From: an uncultured Acidobacteriota bacterium
GTDB taxonomy: Bacteria; Acidobacteriota; Thermoanaerobaculia; UBA5066; Gp7-AA6
Reading direction: 5' to 3'
Assembly: GCA_963764715.1 (NCBI GenBank)
Contig: CAVXTP010000013.1
Coordinates: 1 to 64,000 of the forward strand
Length of the DNA: 64,000 nt
The notes beneath the pieces are model-generated. The model was not told where the DNA came from and did no database searches. It saw only the letters and a program-made list of their open reading frames with translations. Shown here piece after piece: positions 10,554 to 17,940 of the stretch. Both the position numbers and the translations under genes were made by a program. Within the stretch, counting starts at the first letter, position 1. The number at the start of each line of letters is the position of its first letter.

Positions 10554-10790
10554 TCAGGCCGCGGCGGCGGGCTTCCGGGCGCGAACGCCGGCGCCCGCGT
10601 CCCGACCGAAGATCAGGAACGCCGCGGGGATCGTCGTCAGCGCACCGAAGGCGAGAAGGGCGGCGCCGAGTTTTTTCCGGTTCCGCCGGCAGACCCGGCC
10701 GGTCGCCAGCAGCCCGACGCCGGCCCCGAGGGCGGCGCGGGTCGCCACGACGAAGCCGAACTCCGGAAACGACAGGTCGACTCTCTTCAT
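10554..10790 (-). CDS. Small membrane protein, hypothetical
   Basis: 78 aa, two hydrophobic segments, GGAGGAGG RBS upstream. Confidence 0.7.
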   Translation of the reverse strand: MKRVDLSFPEFGFVVATRAALGAGVGLLATGRVCRRNRKKLGAALLAFGALTTIPAAFLIFGRDAGAGVRARKPAAAA

Positions 10791-10938
10791 AGGTCAGCCT
10801 CCTCCGCGAGAAAAACGTGCAAACTCCCGGCCACCGACGGCGGCCCGGACGCGACCGCTGTCAGGCCGGGGCCGCCCGTGCAGGGCCGGCCCCGTGGCGA
10901 TCCGCCTCGAAATGTACCCGGATTTGCGATGCGCGGGT

Positions 10939-11088
10939 CTAGCCCACGCGCCGTCCCTGAACGAGCTGGATCACGAGGATGATGACGGCGATGACGAGAA
11001 GGACGTGGATGAAGCCCCCGAGGGCGTAGCCGGACACCAGACCCAGGAGCCAGAGCACCAGAAGGATCACGAGAATCGTCCACAACAT
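10939..11088 (-). CDS. lmo0937-family (DUF5670-like) small membrane protein
   Basis: MLWTILVILLVLWLLGL...GGFIHVLLVIAVI; AAGGAGG RBS. Confidence 0.85.
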   Translation of the reverse strand: MLWTILVILLVLWLLGLVSGYALGGFIHVLLVIAVIILVIQLVQGRRVG

Positions 11089-11177
11089 AGAGCCTCCTTG
11101 CGATGCGAATCCTCGATGCGTCGTGTGTTCCCGATTCAGAGACACTCATGCGCGGCGTGCCAACGTGCCACCGCGGC

Positions 11178-12317
11178 TCAGGCCGCGGACAGGCTGGATG
11201 CCTTCCTTGCTCCGTCGTTCTTCAGAACCACCTTGAGCGCGCCTTCGCGGGCCGCGTTTCCGAAAACGTCGTAGGCCTCGAGGATGTCGTTGAGCGCGAA
11301 GCGATGGGTCACCAGCTTCTGCGGCTGCAGGCGGCCCGACTTCACGACCTTCAGAAGCATGGGCGTCGTGACCGTGTCCACCAGCCGCGTCGTGAGGGAA
11401 ATGTTGCGGTCCCAGAGCTTCTCGAGGTGCAGCTCGACGGGCTTGCCGTGGACCCCCACGTTCGCGATCCTCCCGCCCGCGGCGACGATCGCCTGGCAGA
11501 TCCCGAAGGTCGCCGGAACGCCGACGGCCTCGACGGCCACGTCGACGCCGTCACCGTTGGTCAGCTCCATGACCCGATGGACGGCCTGGCCGTCCGCGCT
11601 GTTGATCGCGGCGGTCGCGCCGAGCTGCCGGGCGACCGCGAGACGCTTGTCGTCGAGATCGATCATGACGATCGCGCCCGGCGAGTAGAACTGCGCCGTC
11701 AGCAGCACGGCGAGTCCGATCGGTCCGGCGCCCACGATTGCCACCGTGTCCCCCGGCTTCACCTGGCCGTTCAAGACCCCGCACTCGAAGCCCGTCGGCA
11801 GAATGTCGCTCAGCATCACGAGGGCTTCTTCGTCGCCGTCCGCGGGGAAGGGGTAGAGGCTGCCGTCCGCATGGGGGATTCGGACGTACTCGGCCTGGGT
11901 CCCGTCGATCGTGTTGCCGAGGATCCACCCTCCGTCGCGGCAATGGGAGTACATCCCTCGCCGGCAGAAGTCGCACCGGAGGCAGGCGGTGACGCAGGAA
12001 ATGAGGACCCGCTCACCCACGTGGAATCCGGAGACGGCCGCGCCGACCTCCTCGATGACGCCGATCCCTTCGTGCCCGAGGATCCGGCCGTCGGTCACGG
12101 ACGGGACGTCTCCCTTCAGGATGTGAAGGTCGGTCCCGCAGATCGTCGATGTCGTCAGGCGGACGATGGCGTCGGTCGCATTCCGGAGGGCGGGTCTCGG
12201 TTTCTCCTCCCAGGCGCGCTTGCCGGGGCCGTGAAAGACGAGCGCCTTCATCGGGGCGGTGAGGGCCGGAGCGGCGGCGCGAGTCGTTGCGATCTCGAGT
12301 TGTTCGGCGGTTGTCAT
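11178..12317 (-). CDS. Zinc-dependent alcohol dehydrogenase (MDR family)
   Basis: ICGTDLH, GHEG, CxxCxxCxxxxxxxC, GAGPIG. Confidence 0.93.
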   Translation of the reverse strand: MTTAEQLEIATTRAAAPALTAPMKALVFHGPGKRAWEEKPRPALRNATDAIVRLTTSTICGTDLHILKGDVPSVTDGRILGHEGIGVIEEVGAAVSGFHVGERVLISCVTACLRCDFCRRGMYSHCRDGGWILGNTIDGTQAEYVRIPHADGSLYPFPADGDEEALVMLSDILPTGFECGVLNGQVKPGDTVAIVGAGPIGLAVLLTAQFYSPGAIVMIDLDDKRLAVARQLGATAAINSADGQAVHRVMELTNGDGVDVAVEAVGVPATFGICQAIVAAGGRIANVGVHGKPVELHLEKLWDRNISLTTRLVDTVTTPMLLKVVKSGRLQPQKLVTHRFALNDILEAYDVFGNAAREGALKVVLKNDGARKASSLSAA

Positions 12318-12324
12318 GATCTAT

Positions 12325-12498
12325 CTCCTCGACAAATGAATGGATCGCGGTCGACAGCTCGCCTCGAGCGCGTCCATCCCAGACTGTTCACCCGCAGCCG
12401 TTCTCACGGCATGATTCAAGAACATCAAACCCCCGCTCGTGATGAAACGTGCTCCTCGACGAGTGAATGGATCGCTGACAGGGGGAACCTCGAGCGCG
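12325..12498. repeat. Imperfect ~47-bp direct repeat (12325-12372 and 12452-12498)
   Basis: CTCCTCGAC-nnn-TGAATGGATCGC-n12/13-CCTCGAGCGCG occurs twice; copy 1 contains the ADH RBS on the minus strand. Confidence 0.8.
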
Positions 12499-12545
12499 GC
12501 GCACCGGAGCGCAATCGCGATTCTGCCGGCCGCGATCGAATCGCG

Positions 12546-12591
12546 TCCAATCGTTGTTTTCGCTGGAGTTGAGATCTTCCAGCGCTGGAAG
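12546..12591 (-). promoter_or_regulatory. Conserved promoter motif copy (candidate LysR-activated promoter for the ADH gene) overlapping a 16-bp palindrome
   Basis: Reverse complement of 12546-12586 matches 15301-15341 at 28/41 ungapped; CTTCCAGCGCTGGAAG perfect palindrome at 12576-12591. Confidence 0.6.
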
Positions 12592-12739
12592 CGCGCGGAT
12601 CGAAGGCTCGGCCGCGGTTTCGGCGAGCGCGCGCCCGCGGGCGGACCGAGCGCGGAGGCCAAAGCCGGCGCCCCGGCCGAAGCGGGTGTAGCCTGACGTT
12701 CCCGACTCCCTCGGGCGGACCGACTCCTTCGACCATCGA

Positions 12740-13006
12740 GTGCCCCGCCGCCGGTCTCGGCAGAAAGTGGGGACTCTTCTCGTGACGATCCATGCTCGAC
12801 AGTCGGAGCTCGCGGACCGCCAGGCTTCCGTCCGTTCCAGGACCGGCCGAACTCTGCGCCATTGGACGACCAACGGACTCGCTTTCGTGGGCAAGGCGAC
12901 GACGAGGTCGTCCGGCGCCGGCGACTGGGGTCTGGCCGATTCCCGGCAGCGCAACCTCGTCGCCTCGAAGCTGCGGTCGCTCGCGGCCGGTGCCGGCGCC
13001 GCGTGA
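12740..13006 (+). CDS. Small hypothetical protein coupled to downstream Zn-ribbon ORF (start uncertain)
   Basis: GTGA overlap with 13003; C-terminal ADSRQRNLVASKLRS resembles ADVRRLDRDATNLRS of 26824-27015. Confidence 0.35.
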   Translation: MPRRRSRQKVGTLLVTIHARQSELADRQASVRSRTGRTLRHWTTNGLAFVGKATTRSSGAGDWGLADSRQRNLVASKLRSLAAGAGAA

Positions 13007-13186
13007 AGGCACGCCGGCGGAGGTGGAACTGCCAGAACTGCGGGCGAACCAACCGGACCGCCGTGACGTCGGATTCCAACGCCCGGTGCGACGACTGCAC
13101 GGAGGTGAGCCGGCTCGCGCCCACTCATCTGGGGCCCGAGCCTGTTTCATTACGCGGCGAAGGTCCTTTTCTCCCTCCGCGCCTGA
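13003..13186 (+). CDS. Zn-ribbon microprotein; no in-frame stop (possible frameshift), end given is the +1-frame TGA
   Basis: WNCQNCGRTNRTAV...ARCDDC, 15/27 identical to 27039-27245; frame runs on into the 13384 gene. Confidence 0.45.
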
Positions 13187-13221
13187 TCGGGTCCCGGCCC
13201 GCGCGTCGCCACGCCGCGACG

Positions 13222-13262
13222 ATCGTCCCGACGGCTCAGTCTCGACGTTACAAACGATTGGA
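13222..13262 (+). promoter_or_regulatory. Conserved promoter motif copy upstream of 13384 gene
   Basis: 29/41 ungapped identity to 15301-15341, ending ACAAACGATTGGA. Confidence 0.6.
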
Positions 13263-13383
13263 CGCGCCGGCCGTGAAAACGGGACGATGGCCATCCATCG
13301 AAGCCCGGGTCAGGCGGTCGGCGTTCCGACGGCGACCCGGCATGCGGGCCAATTCCGGCCCGCGCTATGAAAGGTTGAGCATC

Positions 13384-14031
13384 ATGAAGAGAGTTTTGGG
13401 AACAGCGGTCGGCCTCTGCCTTCTGGCGGGAGCCCAGGCATTCGCCCAGGCGCCCGAGAAGCAGGCCGTCGAGACGACGACCAAGCAGACCGGCGCCGGA
13501 GTGACCCTGAAGAGCGAGACGCAGTCGGTGTCGGGGACCGTCCGCGAATACGAGGCGGGCAAGAAGATCAAGCTGTCCGGCCCCGGCGACAAGTCGTATG
13601 CGTTCGACCTCGGCGAGAGCGCCAGGGTCGAGGGTGCGATCGTCGTCGGCCAGATGGCCACGGTCAAGTACACCAAGGGGACGGACGGCAAGGAAACCGT
13701 CGCGGTCGTCTCGGAGGCCACGGCCAACGCGATGACGGCGGCCGACGCTCCGAAAATGCATTCGGAATCGACCATGACGGAGAGCGGCCCGGCCATGGCC
13801 ATGAGCACGAAGACCAAGACGGAAGTCGTCATCGGGACCGTGAAGGCCTACGAGGCGGGCAAGTCCATCCAGGTGACGGGGCCCGACGGCAAGGACTACA
13901 GCTTCGACCTGACCGACATGTCCGGTCTGAAGAAGCCCGTGACGGTCGGCGAGCGCGTCAAGGTCACGTTCACGAAATCCGACGGCGGCAGCAAGGCCAC
14001 GACGGTCGTGGCGTACCCGCACAAGGGTTGA
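13384..14031 (+). CDS. Secreted protein with two tandem ~80-aa beta-rich (OB-fold-like) repeats
   Basis: Signal peptide ending AFA; GTVREYEAGKKIKLSGPGDKSYAFDL and GTVKAYEAGKSIQVTGPDGKDYSFDL. Confidence 0.8.
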   Translation: MKRVLGTAVGLCLLAGAQAFAQAPEKQAVETTTKQTGAGVTLKSETQSVSGTVREYEAGKKIKLSGPGDKSYAFDLGESARVEGAIVVGQMATVKYTKGTDGKETVAVVSEATANAMTAADAPKMHSESTMTESGPAMAMSTKTKTEVVIGTVKAYEAGKSIQVTGPDGKDYSFDLTDMSGLKKPVTVGERVKVTFTKSDGGSKATTVVAYPHKG

Positions 14032-14035
14032 CGTC

Positions 14036-14233
14036 ATGAAGAAGCTCTTCGCCTTCTCTCTGCTCGCGGCGGGGATCCTCGCGATCTCCGTTGGTTGCCA
14101 GAAGAAGGAAGCGACGACGACCACGGAAACGACCACGACCCGGGAGGCTCCCGCGCCCTCGGGGACGCCCGAGACGACGACGACGACGTCGACGAGCACC
14201 GTGGATTCCCCGGCTCCGACTCCGGCCCCGTAA
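14036..14233 (+). CDS. Small Thr/Pro-rich lipoprotein
   Basis: MKK + hydrophobic stretch + ISVGC lipobox-like; low-complexity mature part. Confidence 0.75.
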   Translation: MKKLFAFSLLAAGILAISVGCQKKEATTTTETTTTREAPAPSGTPETTTTTSTSTVDSPAPTPAP

Positions 14234-14260
14234 GACTTTCAGCGATCCGCCATTCGCTGG

Positions 14261-14288
14261 CGCCGGGAGGCGACTCCCGGCGTTTTTC
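14261..14288 (+). terminator. Rho-independent terminator
   Basis: CGCCGGGAG-gcga-CTCCCGGCG followed by TTTTT. Confidence 0.8.
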
Positions 14289-14304
14289 TTTGGCGCGCTG
14301 GCTG

Positions 14305-15285
14305 CTACCGGCCCCGTCGGGCCCTGGCGGGGACGCGGCGCGGCTTCGACGCGACCCGGGGAACACGCTCGGCGGCGGCGGCGGCGGGCTCCGGGCGCTC
14401 CCGAGGAGTCAGCCGGACCTCATGGAGGAAGGACGCGAGCAGCGGCGAGGGGTCTTCGCGCCGGTAGATCACGCCGGACTCGGTGAACAGGCCGCGATCC
14501 TCGATCGCCCGGAAGACGACTCCCGGCACCGTCCTCTGCTTGATCGCCGGGTCGACGAGCGCGACGGTCAGGCCCGCGGCGACCATTCCCAGGACGGTCT
14601 GGGTCGAGGGAAGCCCCCCCTCCATCGTGATCGGCGGGCCGAACCCGGCGCTCTTGAAGATCGAGGACAACTGGTCGTAGCGGCCGGGCGAAAGGTGCCG
14701 GGGCCAGAGCGTGTAGGCCTCTCCCGACAGGTCCCGCAGACTGATCCGCGCACTGCGGGCCATCGGATGCGCCTGCGGAATCGCGGCGACCAGCCGCTCG
14801 CGCCCGGTCACTTCGCTGACGATTCCTTCGGCGTCGACGGGAAGGCCCACGAAGCCGATGTCGATCCGTCCGGCGCGCAGCCGCTCGATCTGGGCCTCCG
14901 GCGGGAGGTTTTGAAAGAGGATCTCGACCGCCGGCGCCTGCTCTCCGAAGAGGCGCAGCGCCTTGCCCAGGAAGGCCCAGTCCGTTTCGGGCGAGATGCC
15001 GATGGCGAACTTCCGGGATTCTTCCCGCGCCGTCTCCCGCGCGAGGCCCGCCGCCCGCTCGGCGGCCGCCAGAATTCCGCGCGCCTCCCGAAGAAACCGG
15101 CTTCCCGCGGGGGTCAGCTCGACGTGACGCTTGACGCGACACAGCAGGTCGACCTTGAGCTCCTTCTCGAGATTGCGGATCTGCTGGCTCAGCGACGACT
15201 GGGAGGTGTTCAGGCGGCCCGCCGCGCGGCCGAAGTGGAGGTCTTCGGCGACCGCGACGAAGTAACGAAGGTGCCGCAGCTCCAT
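14305..15285 (-). CDS. LysR-family transcriptional regulator (CatR/BenM-like)
   Basis: MELRHLRYFVAVAEDLHFGRAAGRL...SQSSLSQQIRNLE HTH plus substrate-binding domain. Confidence 0.95.
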   Translation of the reverse strand: MELRHLRYFVAVAEDLHFGRAAGRLNTSQSSLSQQIRNLEKELKVDLLCRVKRHVELTPAGSRFLREARGILAAAERAAGLARETAREESRKFAIGISPETDWAFLGKALRLFGEQAPAVEILFQNLPPEAQIERLRAGRIDIGFVGLPVDAEGIVSEVTGRERLVAAIPQAHPMARSARISLRDLSGEAYTLWPRHLSPGRYDQLSSIFKSAGFGPPITMEGGLPSTQTVLGMVAAGLTVALVDPAIKQRTVPGVVFRAIEDRGLFTESGVIYRREDPSPLLASFLHEVRLTPRERPEPAAAAAERVPRVASKPRRVPARARRGR

Positions 15286-15300
15286 GCCACCGTCCCTTTC

Positions 15301-15341
15301 ATCGATCCGAAGTCTGATTACCAGCGAAACAAACGATTGGA
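15301..15341 (+). promoter_or_regulatory. Divergent LysR intergenic promoter/operator motif
   Basis: ATCGATCCGAAGTCTGAT...CCAGCGAAACAAACGATTGGA immediately upstream of lysR; repeated twice elsewhere in the cluster. Confidence 0.65.
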
Positions 15342-15459
15342 TCCTGCCGGGTCAGCGGCCGCATCATCGGGGTCCGTCTGGTCCGGAGTTGTAACCGGGA
15401 TTCTATGCCGGGCAGTTGCTTCCGGACACCGTCGCCCCGGAGCTCAAGAGGAGAGCCAC

Positions 15460-16654
15460 ATGAAGAGATTCGCCATTCGAGCCCTTCTTGCCATCGCAGC
15501 CGCGACGGTGTTCGTCGAGCACGCCGCGCAGGCCCAGGTCAACGTGAGCGTGACGCTCGGAGGCTTCTACGACGAACTGGCGCCCTACGGCCGGTGGGTC
15601 GGCTGCAGCTACGGCCAGTGCTGGGTGCCCGCGCGCGTCGCGGCGGACTGGCAGCCGTACAGCAACGGCCAGTGGATCTACACCGAGTACGGGTGGACGT
15701 GGGTCTCCGACGACCCGTGGGGAGGCAATCCCTACCACTACGGAACCTGGACCTCGATCGCGGGCCTCGGCTGGGCCTGGGTGCCCGGAACGGTCTGGGC
15801 GCCTGCGTGGGTGACCTGGAGCTACAGCAACAGCTACGTGGGCTGGGCGCCGATTCCGCCCACCGTCGTCTTCGGCGCCTCCGGGTACGCGGGAGCGCCC
15901 GTCATCGTGAGCCAGACCCAGTACGTCTTCGTGTCGACCAACCACTTCGTCGGCCGGAACGTGAGAAGCGTGCGCATTCCGCCGCAGCAGAGCGCGCAGA
16001 TATTCCGGGAGACCCGCCCCGTGACCGGCTTTGCCGTTTCGGGGGGCATCGTCCGGAACACGGCCCTCCCGATGGCGACCATCGAGCGCGCCTCGAAGGG
16101 CAAGATCGAAACGCGAAGCATCCAGGCGGCCCGGACCGCACCGCGCGCCGTGTCTTCCGGAACGGCCCACTTCGCCGTCGTCGCCCCCGCGAGCGAGATG
16201 AAGGCGGTCGCCGCGCAACCCCGGGGCGGGAACCGGTCCTCGGAGGCGTCTCGCGCTCCGAAAGACGCTCAGCCGCCGGCCGATCACGCGCCGGCGAGCG
16301 CGAAGGCCCATGGCGCCCCACCGGCGCAAGCTCAGCACCCGGCTCCGGCCGCGCACGAGGCGAAAGCTGCGCCGCCCGCGAAACCGCAGACCGCTTCGAG
16401 GCCGCCCGAGTCCTCGCGTGCGGAGAAATCGGCAAAGCCTCCCGCCGATCGCGAGCCCGCCGACGCGAAGCCGCCGAAAGCGCATGAGGGCCCGCCCATG
16501 GAGTCCCACCGCCAGACAGCCGACGCTCCCGCGGTGAAGCATCAGGAACCGCCGCATCAGGCGGCCGACGCGAAGTGCGCCGGCCGGGCACTCGAAGCCC
16601 AAGCCGAGCGAGCCGAGCGAGAAGGACAAGAAACCGGACGGAGAAACTCACTGA
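15460..16654 (+). CDS. DUF6600-like secreted Trp-rich protein with Pro/Ala/Lys tail; apparent frameshift near 16575
   Basis: Signal peptide; FYDELAPYGRW, WQPYSNGQW, PYHYGTW, WAPAWVTW; the tail continues in the +1 frame (APAGHSKPKPSEPSEKDKKPDGETH*) to TGA 16652-16654. Confidence 0.7.
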
Positions 16655-16692
16655 GAGGCCCCGACCGCAAGGTCGGCCTGGATGGTTACACC

Positions 16693-17289
16693 GTGAAAAC
16701 TCGGCGACAAACTCGAAGACTCAGACGGAAGGTTTCTGCGAGGGACCACGCCCGCGGCTCGCCGCTCGCCAGGACCACCCTCGTGGCCTACGGCGACTTC
16801 GCGTCGCCGGCGTGCGCGCAGACGTACGAGACGGTCAAGGAAATTCAGAAGGCGATGGGCGCTCGGCTGCGCTACGTCTACCGCAGCTTTCCCCAGCCCG
16901 AGCAGTTCCGCCATTCCGAGGAGGCCGCCGAGGCCGCGGAGTGCGCGTCCTCGCAGGGTCGATTCTGGGAGATGCACGACTGCATCTTCGAAAGTCACGG
17001 GGCGACGGACGCTGCGCGGCTCGCCCGGAGGGCGGCGGAGGCGGGCCTGGACGTCCTTCGGTTCCGGCGGGAGATGCGCTCCCGTGCTCATTCCGGAAGG
17101 GTCCGGGAGGTTCGGGAGGGCGGCCTGTGCAGCGGCGTCGCCTCGGCGCCGGCCTTCTTCATCAACTCGGTCCGACACGAGAGCTCTTTCGGCGTCGCGA
17201 CGCTGCTCGCGGCGTTGCAGGCGGCCTCGGGCTCCGAGTCGACGTCCGGGCCCACCGCAAGTCAGGCACAAAGCGCCAAGGCGCATTAG
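16693..17289 (+). CDS. DsbA/Thioredoxin_4-like protein with SxxC instead of CxxC
   Basis: DHARG...LVAYGDFASPAC...YVYRSFP...AAEAAECASSQGRFWEMHD...GVASAPAFFIN; GTG start. Confidence 0.8.
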   Translation: MKTRRQTRRLRRKVSARDHARGSPLARTTLVAYGDFASPACAQTYETVKEIQKAMGARLRYVYRSFPQPEQFRHSEEAAEAAECASSQGRFWEMHDCIFESHGATDAARLARRAAEAGLDVLRFRREMRSRAHSGRVREVREGGLCSGVASAPAFFINSVRHESSFGVATLLAALQAASGSESTSGPTASQAQSAKAH

Positions 17290-17299
17290 GAGGTTCCCC

Positions 17300-17452
17300 A
17301 TGTTGATGACGGTCGCCCTCGTTCTGCTGGTTCTCTGGGCCCTGGGTCTCTTCGCGTTTCACGTCTCGACCGGATTCATTCACGTTCTCATCGTGCTGGC
17401 GGTGGTTGCCCTGGTGATGCATTTGCTGCGAGGGAACCGCCTCGCGGCGTAG
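17300..17452 (+). CDS. lmo0937-family small membrane protein (second copy)
   Basis: MLMTVALVLLVLWALGL...GFIHVLIVLAVV; AGGAGG RBS. Confidence 0.85.
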   Translation: MLMTVALVLLVLWALGLFAFHVSTGFIHVLIVLAVVALVMHLLRGNRLAA

Positions 17453-17538
17453 GCATTCGAAAGCGTTTCAAAGCGGCGGTTCCGAAGGCCCGGATTTGCC
17501 GGACCCTTGGGAATCGCTCCGAAAGATCAGAGGAACCC

Positions 17539-17862
17539 ATGAATCGTCGTGCCCGCGGAATCCTGACCCTCGCCGTCTCCATGACGCTCGCCGTGTGGGC
17601 CCTGGGCTGCTCGACCACGCAGTCCGCCAGCCGCCAGGTCGATGACACCTCCATTCATGCGGCGGTCTCGGCAAAGCTCACGGCCGACCGCTTCTCGAAC
17701 ATCGTGAACATCGACATCAACGTGACCAACGGTGTCGTGACCCTGGCCGGCGAAGTGCCGAACGCCAAGGTCTCGGCCGAGGCGGGGAGCGAGGCCCGCT
17801 CGGTCTCCGGCGTCGTCAAGGTCATCAACAACCTTCAGGTCAAGTCGCCCCCCTCGGCCTGA
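17539..17862 (+). CDS. BON-domain (OsmY-like) lipoprotein
   Basis: ALGC lipobox; VDDTSI..AVSAKL...IDINVTNGVVTLAGEV...VSGVVKVINNL. Confidence 0.9.
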   Translation: MNRRARGILTLAVSMTLAVWALGCSTTQSASRQVDDTSIHAAVSAKLTADRFSNIVNIDINVTNGVVTLAGEVPNAKVSAEAGSEARSVSGVVKVINNLQVKSPPSA

Positions 17863-17886
17863 TCGGTTCGTGTCTTTCGTCCCTGC

Positions 17887-17917
17887 GCCGAGCCGCCTGG
17901 CGGCTCGGCTCTTTTTT
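17887..17917 (+). terminator. Rho-independent terminator
   Basis: GCCGAGCCGC-ctg-GCGGCTCGGC followed by TCTTTTTT. Confidence 0.8.
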
Positions 17918-17940
17918 GTCCGTGGTAAGACGTAGCGCGA

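Noticed and set aside
11145-11175. Two TGGCAC hexamers on the minus strand suggesting a sigma-54 promoter
   Set aside because: Neither has GC at the required GG-N10-GC spacing.
12325-12498. Direct repeats as a possible CRISPR array
   Set aside because: Only two imperfect copies, about 80-bp spacer, no cas genes.
12439-12696. 85-aa plus-strand ORF
   Set aside because: No RBS or motif; overlaps the direct repeat and promoter motif, which better explain the sequence.
12860-12870. CATTGGAC as a fourth copy of the LysR motif
   Set aside because: Only the last 6-7 bases match; upstream part does not align.
14095-15459. N-terminal 455 aa of the 1064-aa ORF
   Set aside because: Largely antisense to lysR; the real start is ATG 15460 with GAGGAG RBS and signal peptide.
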